In this document: positions 47,551 to 57,509 of the stretch, piece by piece | Position numbering within the stretch: position 1 is the first letter of the stretch | Layout of the letters: each line of letters starts with the position of its first letter | From: a virus | Length of the DNA stretch: 64,000 nucleotides | Direction: 5' to 3' (one strand) | Virus record (IMG/VR): IMGVR_UViG_3300032297_000368 | Location: 1-64,000 of that record | Position numbers and translations under genes: made by a program | The notes under the pieces: generated by a model | What the model was told of the DNA's origin: nothing | Databases searched by the model: none | Seen by the model: the letters and a program-made list of their open reading frames with translations, nothing else

Positions 47551-48666
47551 CTACCGAATTATGTCAATATCTTTTCCGCTAGTCCAAACCTCTTGTTCTG
47601 TACGTAAACGACCTTCGGTCTTCAGAGTTTCATATCTGTTAATGGCTTTCTTTCTCCACCACTCAATAATGTTACTCAAATGAAACTTTTCATAGTTCTC
47701 ACCAGCCTCTAGTTTAGTGGCTTTTCCATTGACAAAATCGACCATATTTTTGTAACCATAGTCAGATATGAAGTATCGTTTCTGTTCGTTCAGATTCTTG
47801 GCCTTCTCGATGGTTTCTTTAAATTTTACACCTTCTGGTGTTCCTTTAAGTGCGATACCAACCATCGAAACTATTGCATTTGATATTTTCAATTTACGAC
47901 TAGAAGCATTTAGTGGTGCCAATGGTTCACCAGTAATATTCTCAACATATTCTTTCAGATCAGTATATGTTTTACCGTGTAACATAGGAAGAAAATCTGA
48001 ATCTGTTAGACCTTTGTAACGAATAAAAGGTTTCATGCCATCATATTGTGACACTGTTTTTGTAGAACCATATAAAGAAGTGGTTTCAAAAAGACAAGTG
48101 TTCATTTTATACTTGGCATTTAACATCTCACGAACTTCATGTGATGTACAGATTGCCGCCATAAGTTTACCACCTAGATAATTATAACCAAATGGTTGTG
48201 AAGGTACAATAACAAAACCCATAGCAGCACACTCATTGAATCTTTTGGCACCACCCTCAGTTTGTGTAAACACTGCTCCAAGCATCTCATTACGTGGCTT
48301 ACAGTTAATCACAGGTGAACCTAGGCGAATAAAACCACACCATTTACCAGTTGTCTTTTCCATAACAGCAAGTCTTAGGCAACGACCTGGAATACTTGTC
48401 ATATTAGAATGACTTGATATTATGTTAAGATATAAGTCCCATTGCGATTGTGACAACTCGACCACCTCAAACTCCATCGACTCTGGAGAGAGACTAAAAT
48501 CTGAGTATAGGTCTTCTTCTGGTCCCCCAAAAGGAAGCGCAGGAGGTCTATCGGAGAGACTGGCCAATTTCTGTTCACGCATGTACTCATCAATACGATT
48601 GAACTTGTCAAAGTAGTCACTATAAATGTTAGCACAATGTAATGCTTGTTCTTTTGTTAACTTCAT
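47551..48666 (-). CDS. DUF4338/DruA-like protein (predicted GNAT-like fold)
   Basis: PGR.LR..V, GFIRLGSP, PFGYNYLGGKL, ETTSLYG, SQY. Confidence 0.7.
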   Translation of the reverse strand: MKLTKEQALHCANIYSDYFDKFNRIDEYMREQKLASLSDRPPALPFGGPEEDLYSDFSLSPESMEFEVVELSQSQWDLYLNIISSHSNMTSIPGRCLRLAVMEKTTGKWCGFIRLGSPVINCKPRNEMLGAVFTQTEGGAKRFNECAAMGFVIVPSQPFGYNYLGGKLMAAICTSHEVREMLNAKYKMNTCLFETTSLYGSTKTVSQYDGMKPFIRYKGLTDSDFLPMLHGKTYTDLKEYVENITGEPLAPLNASSRKLKISNAIVSMVGIALKGTPEGVKFKETIEKAKNLNEQKRYFISDYGYKNMVDFVNGKATKLEAGENYEKFHLSNIIEWWRKKAINRYETLKTEGRLRTEQEVWTSGKDIDIIR

Positions 48667-50057
48667 ACTTTAATGTTGTCAAATTTGTTAGTAAAATTAC
48701 GTTCACGATTACCAAAAGTATTTAAAGGTTTATCTTGACCTGATTCTGAAATATCTTGTTGCGCTGATTGTTCAGTATCATATAAACGCATCTTTGCTCT
48801 ATCGATACCAATAACAAAACGTTTGAATGAATTAGGATCAGACCAACGATTCTTTAATTGTTTAACCATGATTTGGCCAAGTTGTTCTAACTCTTCAGTA
48901 CTAATCAAAGCAAACATAAAGTCAGCAGTTGCGGGAAGACCAAAAGATTCAGATGTATCTTCAAGACCTGGATCGGATGAAGTAAAGCCACTTCTAGTTG
49001 TTTGTGTTGCAGATACAACAGGAACATTAAACTCAACAGCAAGACCACGTAATTCTTCTGCAATAGATTTGATGTATGTGTATGAGTTTACACCTGCACC
49101 GTGTTTGATACGAGCAGAGGCACAAATGTTCAAGTAATCAATAAAGATAATTGCAGGTTTAAAATTCTTCTTCAACAATAACTCTTGCAGTAAACCTCTG
49201 AAGTGTAACACAGATGCCGCAGCAGTTGGATATTCTTTGATGATTAGTTTGCCTTGAGTTTTACTTTTCAATACTTCAAACTTCTTCTCATAACTATCTC
49301 TAGGTAGATGTTGCAATTCATCCATAGTGACGTTCAATAGATTAGCATCGATACGTTTTGCAATCTCTTCTTCAGCCATTTCCATAGAGATATAGAGTAC
49401 ATCATGGCCTTGAGAAATTGCTGCAGCAGCACAGTGACACATGAACAAAGATTTACCAACGCCTGTACCTGCCAGTGCAATACTCAAAGTCTTTAGTGGC
49501 AAACCACCTTTAGATATTTTATTGAAGATATCCAGATCAAATGGTATTCTAGATTCTTTACGATGATAGAAGTCATAACGAGATTCAGCATCACTGATAT
49601 AATCATGGCCAACGTTTGAATCAAATGATACTGCAAGAGCATCACTCAATAGTTGTGGTATTTCACCTTTAGATTTTTTCTGTTGTTTGTCATCAAGAAT
49701 ACCAACAGATTCCATGATGGCATTGTAGATGGCTTTATCTTGGCAAAACTTTTCAGTTTGTGCAATCAGCCATTGTTCTTCGGAAGGATTATCTTTGTCG
49801 TTGAAGATATCACTTAGAAGATTTATACCTTTGCGTACTTCTTCTTCAGTGTATTTGTTGGACTCTGTAAAGTTAATTACTAGTGCTTCGTGTGTGGGTA
49901 GTGTGTTGTATTCATCGCAAAATTTACCAATCTCTTTGAATAGATTTTTTTCAGTTACATCTTCAAAATAATCTTGACGTATGAATGGTAATACTTTACG
50001 AGTGAAACTCTCGTTGTAAATCAGGTTCTTTAGGATTGTTTGTTCTAGTCTGTTCAT
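48663..50057 (-). CDS. replicative DNA helicase (T4 gp41-like)
   Basis: AGTGVGKS Walker A, SMEM, IDYL, ATQTTR, SESFGLPATAD, KQLKNR. Confidence 0.95.
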   Translation of the reverse strand: MNRLEQTILKNLIYNESFTRKVLPFIRQDYFEDVTEKNLFKEIGKFCDEYNTLPTHEALVINFTESNKYTEEEVRKGINLLSDIFNDKDNPSEEQWLIAQTEKFCQDKAIYNAIMESVGILDDKQQKKSKGEIPQLLSDALAVSFDSNVGHDYISDAESRYDFYHRKESRIPFDLDIFNKISKGGLPLKTLSIALAGTGVGKSLFMCHCAAAAISQGHDVLYISMEMAEEEIAKRIDANLLNVTMDELQHLPRDSYEKKFEVLKSKTQGKLIIKEYPTAAASVLHFRGLLQELLLKKNFKPAIIFIDYLNICASARIKHGAGVNSYTYIKSIAEELRGLAVEFNVPVVSATQTTRSGFTSSDPGLEDTSESFGLPATADFMFALISTEELEQLGQIMVKQLKNRWSDPNSFKRFVIGIDRAKMRLYDTEQSAQQDISESGQDKPLNTFGNRERNFTNKFDNIKV

Positions 50058-50379
50058 TATCTATGATTAATTCCGTTAGTAAGTCACCTAGTATTGTAAC
50101 AAATTCTTGACTATTTTTCAAGTCATCCATATCATGTGTACCTGGATCAATAATATCATATTGAAATTTTAATTTTGGTGGATATTCTTCTTCGATAAAT
50201 TTTACATTGAAGTATTGGAATATAACACTAGAAAAAGTACCGCTGGTCAATTCGACAGCGGTACTTTCTTCATCAGGTAGATATATGAATTCGTAATCTA
50301 TGAATTCGTTAAACTTCTTCTTCGGCAGTTTCGGCTGGAGTTTCATCTTCTCCAAGAATGCTTTTATAAGTGATCTCAT
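49996..50379 (-). CDS. hypothetical protein in the T4 gp40 position
   Basis: Between uvsX and gp41; F...LGD.L C-terminus. Confidence 0.55.
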   Translation of the reverse strand: MRSLIKAFLEKMKLQPKLPKKKFNEFIDYEFIYLPDEESTAVELTSGTFSSVIFQYFNVKFIEEEYPPKLKFQYDIIDPGTHDMDDLKNSQEFVTILGDLLTELIIDNEQTRTNNPKEPDLQREFHS

Positions 50380-51370
50380 ATTTACTCTTTACATATTCTT
50401 TAAATTTGTCATCGTTCAAAAGTGGTAACCAGAAGTCTGATGTTTGTGTATCAGCAAGTCTCATCTTGTCACCAATCTCACCTGTCTCTTGATCTACCTT
50501 TGCATACCAACCATTAGAAGGTTTACTTACGAAATTGCCTTCGAGTGCGATATCCATAAGGCCAGACCACTTACTAATGCCGCCATCAAAAGATACACTG
50601 ATAGGAATTTTAGATTTTTCTTTAACGTACCTAGATTTCTCAACGTTAATAATGAAGTTATAGCCTGTAATTTCTGTTCCATCTTTTTCTTGTTGTCTCC
50701 CTAGAATGTAGATGTTATCGGCAGAATAATATGAACCTGTACCACCACCAACAATATCTTTAGGATACAAACCAATTTCTTTGTAAGTATGATTAACTAC
50801 AACCATTGGTATATCTTTCATCGTCAAGTGAGGTGTTACCATTCTGAATAACGATTTAACTTGTTTTGCACGTGACATATCTGCAACTGATTTACCATCA
50901 AGTGCATCGTCAACTTCTTTCTTTGATGCTAAGTTACCAATAGAATCTAGAATGATAATCAACTTATCACCACGTTCAATGTTCTGTAACTGTTGCATGA
51001 TATCAAACTTCAACTGTTCAATATCTGTAAGGGGTGTATGCAATACACGTTCCATATCGATATCAAACGTTTCAAAATATTTTATTGGTGTACCAAATTC
51101 TGAATCATAGAATAACAGTATCGCTTCTGGATATTGCTTCATGTATGATTTGGCCATCAATAAACTAAAAGCAGTCTTGAAGTGTTTAGAGGGACCTGCC
51201 CACATAGTAAGACCTGGTGTTAAACCACCATCTAATCTACCTGATAATGCCACATTAACCATTGGTACTTCTGTTGGTACTACATCTTTATCATTAAAGA
51301 ACTTTGACTTAGATAATATAGAACTATCTTTGATGGTCGAATTCTTTTTTAATTTGTCGAGTAAGCTCAA
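50309..51370 (-). CDS. uvsX: RecA-like recombinase
   Basis: GPSKHFKT, YDSEFG, DSIGNLAS, ADMSRAK, GGTG..YSA. Confidence 0.95.
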   Translation of the reverse strand: MSLLDKLKKNSTIKDSSILSKSKFFNDKDVVPTEVPMVNVALSGRLDGGLTPGLTMWAGPSKHFKTAFSLLMAKSYMKQYPEAILLFYDSEFGTPIKYFETFDIDMERVLHTPLTDIEQLKFDIMQQLQNIERGDKLIIILDSIGNLASKKEVDDALDGKSVADMSRAKQVKSLFRMVTPHLTMKDIPMVVVNHTYKEIGLYPKDIVGGGTGSYYSADNIYILGRQQEKDGTEITGYNFIINVEKSRYVKEKSKIPISVSFDGGISKWSGLMDIALEGNFVSKPSNGWYAKVDQETGEIGDKMRLADTQTSDFWLPLLNDDKFKEYVKSKYEITYKSILGEDETPAETAEEEV

Positions 51371-52194
51371 AACGAATCTCCTTTAAAATTTGCAATCTCA
51401 CTTTTAGGAATAACTTCAACATCATTATCTTGAAATAAAGGTTCTAATGTCTGAGTCGGTATATACTCCTGTTTCTTTTTCTTAACAGGCACTTTCTTTT
51501 CAGGTGCAGGTTCTTCTTTTGCTTTTTTATATCTTTGATATGTTTGATTCGAAGCAAGTAATAATAATATTGCCAAAGGATCAAAAACAAAAATGATAAT
51601 CATAATAACAAAACGTACAGCTTTATCTATAAAAGATGGATCATTTTTTTCATATAAAAATTCGGCAATGTAACGAATCGGACCTACTTCTGCCATAAGT
51701 TTATTCTCTACCTTCAATAAAGGTAACTTCTGTTCAGTAATAGATTTTAATTCTAATTGCGCTTCTTGTATATTCTTATCTAATCTTTTAGAGGCAGTTT
51801 CAGGATCACCTGCACGTTGTAATAGATACGCTAGTCTTTCATTTACAATCTTTTCTTGTTGAATCAAAGTTTGTAATTGTACATTATTACTTCCCACTTC
51901 TACATTAGTTTCAATATGCGCTCTTGATAAGTAACCAAAAATTCCCATCGATGTTATACCCATCAATAGGAAAATAGATACTAGAAAATAGTAACGCATA
52001 ATCCGCACAGTATCAGACCAATTGTTATGTAGCCAAGATACTGTTACCAATTTACTTATCTCTAAAGTAGTACCCATAATCACAACAGGCCAAAAAGAAC
52101 CTGGAAATATTTGTGCAAGTCCTACTACAGAATAATAAGCCGCTACTCCTGATAGAGCAATGGCTGTTAGAAATGGTAAAATAATTTGTGTCAT
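51367..52194 (-). CDS. multi-TM coiled-coil membrane protein
   Basis: Three N-terminal TMs, coiled coil, EVGPIRY, VFDPLA TM. Confidence 0.75.
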   Translation of the reverse strand: MTQIILPFLTAIALSGVAAYYSVVGLAQIFPGSFWPVVIMGTTLEISKLVTVSWLHNNWSDTVRIMRYYFLVSIFLLMGITSMGIFGYLSRAHIETNVEVGSNNVQLQTLIQQEKIVNERLAYLLQRAGDPETASKRLDKNIQEAQLELKSITEQKLPLLKVENKLMAEVGPIRYIAEFLYEKNDPSFIDKAVRFVIMIIIFVFDPLAILLLLASNQTYQRYKKAKEEPAPEKKVPVKKKKQEYIPTQTLEPLFQDNDVEVIPKSEIANFKGDSF

Positions 52195-54734
52195 CCGAAT
52201 AAACTCTCTAACGTGTTTCGCCTTTCAACTTCCCAACCAACACAATCAAGAATAACTTTAACTGGTTCTACGAAAGACTTTTGAAATTGTGTATCATAAT
52301 CAATATAATCTTGAAGGCCTAACTCTTTAGGTAATCTAACTGGAAAAGAAATGACTGTATCTTTAAGCGGATTAGGTGTACGTAGGTAAGTAAATTTAAG
52401 TTTCTCACCTTCTTGAATGACCTGATACTTAGTTGTCAACCCATTATCTTTCAAAAGTTTATTATAAAGAATTGCACCCTTCACATGAATAGGTGTGCCT
52501 TTTTTATATAGTGTAACAGAATCAGAGTACTCACGCAAGCCATTTAAACCACGTGGAAAAGAAATATCTTCAGCAGGTAATGTTTTAAATTCTTCCTTAA
52601 AATCTGAAATAAATTTTTGTACATCATCTTGTGTACCGTTCATGATGATCTTGATTAGTTCCCACATCTTCTCACGTACCGCAGATGGTGTTGAAGATTT
52701 AACCATCTCTAAACCCATAACTTTAATTTTAGGTTCTTTGTATTGAACACCTTCATTGTTATGTACGTTTAGAATGTAACGTTTCTTGGCAGTCCAGATA
52801 CCTTTATCTGATAATGCCTCACGTTTCATTTGCATTTTTTGGTCGTATGCGTGGACATAATCAGCAAGTTCTTTATAACTCTTATCAATAAATGGTTGAA
52901 TCTTCTCCTCACATACCTTATCCATGAATTGGATGACCTTAGATGTGTCTTGTGTTTTTGATTCACCAAACACACTTTGTACCAACCCACCAAGATTGAG
53001 ATATATCGAATCCGTATCTGAAGCAATAACATAATCTGTATCCGTCTTTAATATTTTATTTACATATTGATTTAGTTTGGCTTCAATCCAACGAATCGAT
53101 AACTGACCCGCACTAGTAACAGCAAGTGCTTGCCTCAAATCATAAAATCTAAAGAACTGCGAACCCAATGCACCGTAAGCGGAGTTTAATGAAACTTTCT
53201 TAGCAAGTTGTAGGTTATCATAACGAGCAATTCTCTTCGATAATCTTTCTTTCTCTTCTTTAGTTGTTGCCTTTTCATACTCTTGTTTCGCTTGAAGCAT
53301 CATCTTCTTATACTTCTTACGATCTTCATACATAGACTCCATCATTCCAGGAAGAAAACCTTGTTTATCTGTCCTGAAATATTGGCCATTAGGTGTTAGT
53401 GTTACATTGCTGAGTTTAGAAGTATCTACCTGTTTAGTCAACAAGTTATCAACCGTAACACCTTGCATGATAATGTTACGCATATCATCTGTGTACTCAT
53501 AGGGTTCAACCAACGTCTCTGGAGAGATATTGTATTGCATGAGTAGATGTGGATATAGACTGTTCAAATCAAACGAAGCCACCCAATCGTGTTTGCCAAC
53601 TTGAGGTTCTTTTACATATGCACCTTCAAATGCTGAATTCTTTTGTTGGAAACTTTTCTGCGGAACAACAATGCCTTTCGACAATAGATGGCAATAGATA
53701 AGAGAATCCCACATACGAGTTTGAGCAAATATATCTTCATAGTTTGTTTTAGTATCATAGGCAAGAGTTAAGCCAAGTTCTAGTAGTTTAAGTTTCTCTT
53801 CTAGTTTAATAATCAAGTCAACGTCTTTGATGTTATACTCAATAAACTTTTGATAGTTCAATCGATACAGTTGATGTAAGTTATCATACTCATCAAACGA
53901 CAATTTACTTTCACCAAGTTCAACGTTAGCAATATTATCCAACTTATACGACTCTTGTGATTTACCACCCGGCGCATACCACTTGTATAGTTCGATATAA
54001 TCAAGACACGCTATGCCGTAAATAGAATAAGAATGTAACTGTCTTCCCATTTTAGTTTCAGTCTTAGCATAGATGTAATTCCATGGAGAAAGTTTCTTTG
54101 CAAAGTCTTCACCCATAACTTTATTGATTCGATTAACCAAATAAGGAATATCAAAAAACTCTACATTCCAGCCAGTGATTACATCAGGAAAGTTATCACG
54201 CCAATCATCAATAAAGTTTTTACATAAATCATATTCATCTTTACATTTGATATATGTAACATCATCATTAGTGTTATTGAAATCACCACAACCATATACA
54301 GTCATACCACCATTCAATTGACGTATTGCAATTGCTGTGATGGGTTCAGATGCACGTTGCGGATCAGGAAAGCCATTCTCAGAACCAACTTCAATATCGA
54401 TTACTGCGATTGATAGATGTGAAATATCCCAATCAATATCTGTAGGATGTTCATCAGCAATAAATGAATATTGAAATCTTTCTTGGCCATAGATTTTGAA
54501 ATTATCTACACCTTCATACTTCTTAAAGAAGTCTTTGGCTGCTCTCATACCCTCAAACTTCATAGGTTCGAGATAATCACCTTGTAGATTTGTAAACTTG
54601 GTAACTTTCTTGGAAGGCAAAAACAAAGTCGGCGCATACTTTATTTCTAAGTTAATGCGCCGACCATCTTTAACTCCACGATATAAAACTTTGTCACCGT
54701 AGATTTGGATGTTTGTATAATATTGATTAGTCAT
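52191..54734 (-). CDS. family B DNA polymerase (T4 gp43-like)
   Basis: DIEV Exo I, SFDLNSLYP, K...NS.YG, SDTDS, KKRY. Confidence 0.97.
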   Translation of the reverse strand: MTNQYYTNIQIYGDKVLYRGVKDGRRINLEIKYAPTLFLPSKKVTKFTNLQGDYLEPMKFEGMRAAKDFFKKYEGVDNFKIYGQERFQYSFIADEHPTDIDWDISHLSIAVIDIEVGSENGFPDPQRASEPITAIAIRQLNGGMTVYGCGDFNNTNDDVTYIKCKDEYDLCKNFIDDWRDNFPDVITGWNVEFFDIPYLVNRINKVMGEDFAKKLSPWNYIYAKTETKMGRQLHSYSIYGIACLDYIELYKWYAPGGKSQESYKLDNIANVELGESKLSFDEYDNLHQLYRLNYQKFIEYNIKDVDLIIKLEEKLKLLELGLTLAYDTKTNYEDIFAQTRMWDSLIYCHLLSKGIVVPQKSFQQKNSAFEGAYVKEPQVGKHDWVASFDLNSLYPHLLMQYNISPETLVEPYEYTDDMRNIIMQGVTVDNLLTKQVDTSKLSNVTLTPNGQYFRTDKQGFLPGMMESMYEDRKKYKKMMLQAKQEYEKATTKEEKERLSKRIARYDNLQLAKKVSLNSAYGALGSQFFRFYDLRQALAVTSAGQLSIRWIEAKLNQYVNKILKTDTDYVIASDTDSIYLNLGGLVQSVFGESKTQDTSKVIQFMDKVCEEKIQPFIDKSYKELADYVHAYDQKMQMKREALSDKGIWTAKKRYILNVHNNEGVQYKEPKIKVMGLEMVKSSTPSAVREKMWELIKIIMNGTQDDVQKFISDFKEEFKTLPAEDISFPRGLNGLREYSDSVTLYKKGTPIHVKGAILYNKLLKDNGLTTKYQVIQEGEKLKFTYLRTPNPLKDTVISFPVRLPKELGLQDYIDYDTQFQKSFVEPVKVILDCVGWEVERRNTLESLFG

Positions 54735-54737
54735 TCA

Positions 54738-55073
54738 TTAGATTTTCATTCCAGCGGGGGCAATTTCAATACCAGAACCAAAGATTCTATTGTATTGATT
54801 CTCTAATTCTAACATAGGTGATGTAATTGTCAATATGTCTATCGATTGAAATTTAATACCTGTGCCGAATTCTTGGCAGTACTCTAAGAAAGGTGAAAAT
54901 GCAATACCACCAGTATCACCTGCTGACTTTGGTGGAACATTAATAACCTGCACAGGCTGTTTAACTATAACTGTACCCGCAGATTCAGTTACATCACCGA
55001 TGATTGTATGATTAGTTTTGAATGTGATTAGTTTAATGGACATTTGACACCTCATAAGAAGCATCCAATACAC
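54738..55073 (-). CDS. small beta protein (Sm-like); start probably MSIKL at 55043
   Basis: Typical gene upstream of gp43; Y...FGSGI C-terminus. Confidence 0.6.
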   Translation of the reverse strand: MYWMLLMRCQMSIKLITFKTNHTIIGDVTESAGTVIVKQPVQVINVPPKSAGDTGGIAFSPFLEYCQEFGTGIKFQSIDILTITSPMLELENQYNRIFGSGIEIAPAGMKI

Positions 55074-55263
55074 CCAATGTTACCCACTTTTTAGGGAACA
55101 ACATCTCACGACCGGCAAAGTCTTTCATGTTATAATTAGGATCATCAACCAATCCTAATACCTCAACTTGTTTATCAAATTCTCTATAAAAGAGATCATA
55201 TGAATAGGCAGAAGGAAACTTGTTCACTTCTGCCAGTTGTTTTGCCATTTTATACATACTCAT
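55033..55263 (-). CDS. hypothetical protein
   Basis: ORF track; GAGG SD. Confidence 0.65.
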   Translation of the reverse strand: MSMYKMAKQLAEVNKFPSAYSYDLFYREFDKQVEVLGLVDDPNYNMKDFAGREMLFPKKWVTLGVLDASYEVSNVH

Positions 55264-55288
55264 TATTTACCTCACTGTTAATAAAAAA

Positions 55289-55909
55289 TTACAATACTTT
55301 CAGATTGTTTTCAAAATGTGATTTACGATCTTCAAGTCCTATGGTACCACCATTAATTCGTTTTGTCAAGGTCAGGATGTCCTTTTTATCCGCAATTTCA
55401 TTCAATTTGTTTTTGTTCCAGAACCAACATGCCGATTCAATAGCACCATCAAGTGTCTCGCAATAGGCAACTGCTTCATCTATTGATTTACCGATTGAAG
55501 TTGCAAATGCGGCATAGTTATCATGTCCTGTCAATTGAATTGCACCACGACCACGATACTTATAACCATCACCAGACTTTTCATCACCGTTACCCATACG
55601 TGATGCATAAACTTTATTAGCAATCATTTCAGGTTTACGTTCGTACTTGAGTGCTGTTGCTTCATCAGGAAAGTATTTCTTAAATGTACCCATCAAACCT
55701 TTTGCACCGTAGTTTAGGTTTTCTTTCAATACAGTGAAATCTAAAGATTCATGGCCACATTGTGCTAAGAAAGCTGCAACTCTTTCTTTAGTGGTTATAT
55801 CATACTTTGGTAATACTTTTGAAAAAGATTCAAATAACTTATCTGTCTCTTTGTTTTTCCCTAAACATTGTTTAAGTTTTGCTGCGGTAAATTCGAAGTT
55901 GAATGACAT
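55289..55909 (-). CDS. glycoside hydrolase family 19 endolysin
   Basis: FLAQCGHES, ENLNY, YRGRGAIQLTG..NY, INGG..GL.DR. Confidence 0.92.
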   Translation of the reverse strand: MSFNFEFTAAKLKQCLGKNKETDKLFESFSKVLPKYDITTKERVAAFLAQCGHESLDFTVLKENLNYGAKGLMGTFKKYFPDEATALKYERKPEMIANKVYASRMGNGDEKSGDGYKYRGRGAIQLTGHDNYAAFATSIGKSIDEAVAYCETLDGAIESACWFWNKNKLNEIADKKDILTLTKRINGGTIGLEDRKSHFENNLKVL

Positions 55910-56088
55910 TCTCTACTCTCCTTTGTTGTATTTGTAAGGTATATACTACCATCACGAACATCATATTCAAGTTTGTCACCAACTTCCCATCCTAACTCTT
56001 CAACCAATTCTTGTGGTAAGTCTAATATTCCATCGCCATTTTCCAATATGGCACTTACCTTTGTTATATGAACTTTAGTTTTTGACAC
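55861..56088 (-). CDS. AbrB/MazE-like DNA-binding protein
   Basis: ILDLPQELVEELGWEVGDKL. Confidence 0.75.
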   Translation of the reverse strand: MSKTKVHITKVSAILENGDGILDLPQELVEELGWEVGDKLEYDVRDGSIYLTNTTKESRECHSTSNLPQQNLNNV

Positions 56089-56587
56089 GATAAATTCTCA
56101 CTCTACATTTCTGTAAAAAATTAATCCCATCATCGTTTTTATATTCGTGTTCATATATAACTTCTGCAATTCCTGCCTGATAGATCATCTTTGCACATTC
56201 TAAACATGGTGCATGTGTAACAAATAAAGAAGCACCTTCAGATGAATTTGTTGAACGTGCTACCTTTGCTAATGCATTTGATTCAGCATGTAATACTTCA
56301 GGTCTTGTTTTTAATCTGTATCTTCTGCCATCTTTTCCTGTTAATGGCCATTGATTTTCAATTTCAGGTGGATCAATCCAACCGCCTGCTTCTGAAGGAA
56401 AATATTCTTTAGTTTCGCATGTATTATTCCAATCAACAGGCATTCCATTGTAACCAATACCAATGATAGTATTGTTCTTTACGATTACACAACCTACTTG
56501 TAATCGTTTGGCACTTGAAAGTTCTGCATAAACACTTGCAGCTTTCATATGTGCCTTAACATACTTACTCTTCATCAACAGTGACAT
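56075..56587 (-). CDS. dCMP deaminase
   Basis: VGCVI, GYNG, HAESNA, PCLEC. Confidence 0.93.
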   Translation of the reverse strand: MSLLMKSKYVKAHMKAASVYAELSSAKRLQVGCVIVKNNTIIGIGYNGMPVDWNNTCETKEYFPSEAGGWIDPPEIENQWPLTGKDGRRYRLKTRPEVLHAESNALAKVARSTNSSEGASLFVTHAPCLECAKMIYQAGIAEVIYEHEYKNDDGINFLQKCRVRIYRVKN

Positions 56588-56738
56588 TTTTCTTTTTACT
56601 TTCTTTTCTTACGATTTTGGATTCTACTTCAGCTTTAATCATAGATTGTTTGTAGAAAGACTTATGTTCAGAGTCTTGAATTGTTGCTAAAACTCGTTTG
56701 ACTGTTTTAGGCATTTTAAAAGCGGAGTTTGTTTTCAT
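56565..56738 (-). CDS. 57-aa basic hypothetical protein (not in ORF track)
   Basis: MKTNSAFKMPKTVKRVLATI...; AAGG SD. Confidence 0.6.
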   Translation of the reverse strand: MKTNSAFKMPKTVKRVLATIQDSEHKSFYKQSMIKAEVESKIVRKESKKKNVTVDEE

Positions 56739-56756
56739 AATATACCTTTATATAGA

Positions 56757-56776
56757 AGTGGGGCATAAGCCCCACT
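56757..56776 (-). terminator. GC-rich hairpin after hsp20
   Basis: AGTGGGGC-ATAA-GCCCCACT; weak U tail. Confidence 0.55.
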
Positions 56777-56778
56777 CG

Positions 56779-57252
56779 TTATGCTGCTTTTTTAGTTTCT
56801 TGTAAAAGTTGTGGTGTAAACTCTAAGAGTTCTTCACCAATAGCAACCTTACGTGGCTTTCTATGTTCTGGAATAATATTTTCTAAACCAATACGTAGAA
56901 TGCCATCTTTGTATTCAGCACCTTTAACTGCAATGGTATCTGATATAGCAATTGACTTAGTGAATGAACGTGTACCAATACCACGATGCAAATAATTCAA
57001 TTCAGTCTTATCTGCCTTTTCACCTTTGATAGTGAGTGTATTTTCTTGCACTTCAATATCAATTTCATCTCGACTAAACCCAGCAACAGCCAACTCCACA
57101 ATATATTTGTGTTCATCGGTTTTGATGATATTGTGTGGTGGAAATGTCGTGACAGGTTTATCATTTAAAAGTGATTCAACATCACGAATGAAATTTTCAA
57201 AGCCCAAACTGTTATTTAAAACCATTGGACCAAAGCGACCAGTAATAGTCAT
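56779..57252 (-). CDS. small heat shock protein Hsp20 (IbpA-like)
   Basis: FPPHNI, ELAVAGF, YLHRGI..RSF, DGIL.I. Confidence 0.95.
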   Translation of the reverse strand: MTITGRFGPMVLNNSLGFENFIRDVESLLNDKPVTTFPPHNIIKTDEHKYIVELAVAGFSRDEIDIEVQENTLTIKGEKADKTELNYLHRGIGTRSFTKSIAISDTIAVKGAEYKDGILRIGLENIIPEHRKPRKVAIGEELLEFTPQLLQETKKAA

Positions 57253-57310
57253 AGTAGTTCTCCTTTTAGTTAAGCGAGTTTATAAAGAAGTGACCCCGAA
57301 GGCATCACCC
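57253..57310 (-). promoter_or_regulatory. structured hsp20 leader, ROSE-like RNA thermometer candidate
   Basis: UUCG hairpin, then CUC(G)CUU able to pair with the SD AAGGAG with a bulged G. Confidence 0.55.
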
Positions 57311-57312
57311 CT

Positions 57313-57495
57313 TTATTTAGTTAAAATTTTAAATGCTTCACGGTTGACCAGAAAAGTTCTTTCTGGATGATCTTCTTTAAATACTCTAATAAAAGTCATG
57401 CCATTAGATTCCGAAATATCAGATATATCTCTACAGATAACTATATCACCCGTGAAAGTGTTTTTTAATTTGACTGGCGGTTTCACTTTTTTCAT
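57313..57495 (-). CDS. hypothetical protein
   Basis: ORF track; GGAG SD. Confidence 0.65.
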   Translation of the reverse strand: MKKVKPPVKLKNTFTGDIVICRDISDISESNGMTFIRVFKEDHPERTFLVNREAFKILTK

Positions 57496-57509
57496 AATAT
57501 AACTCCATA

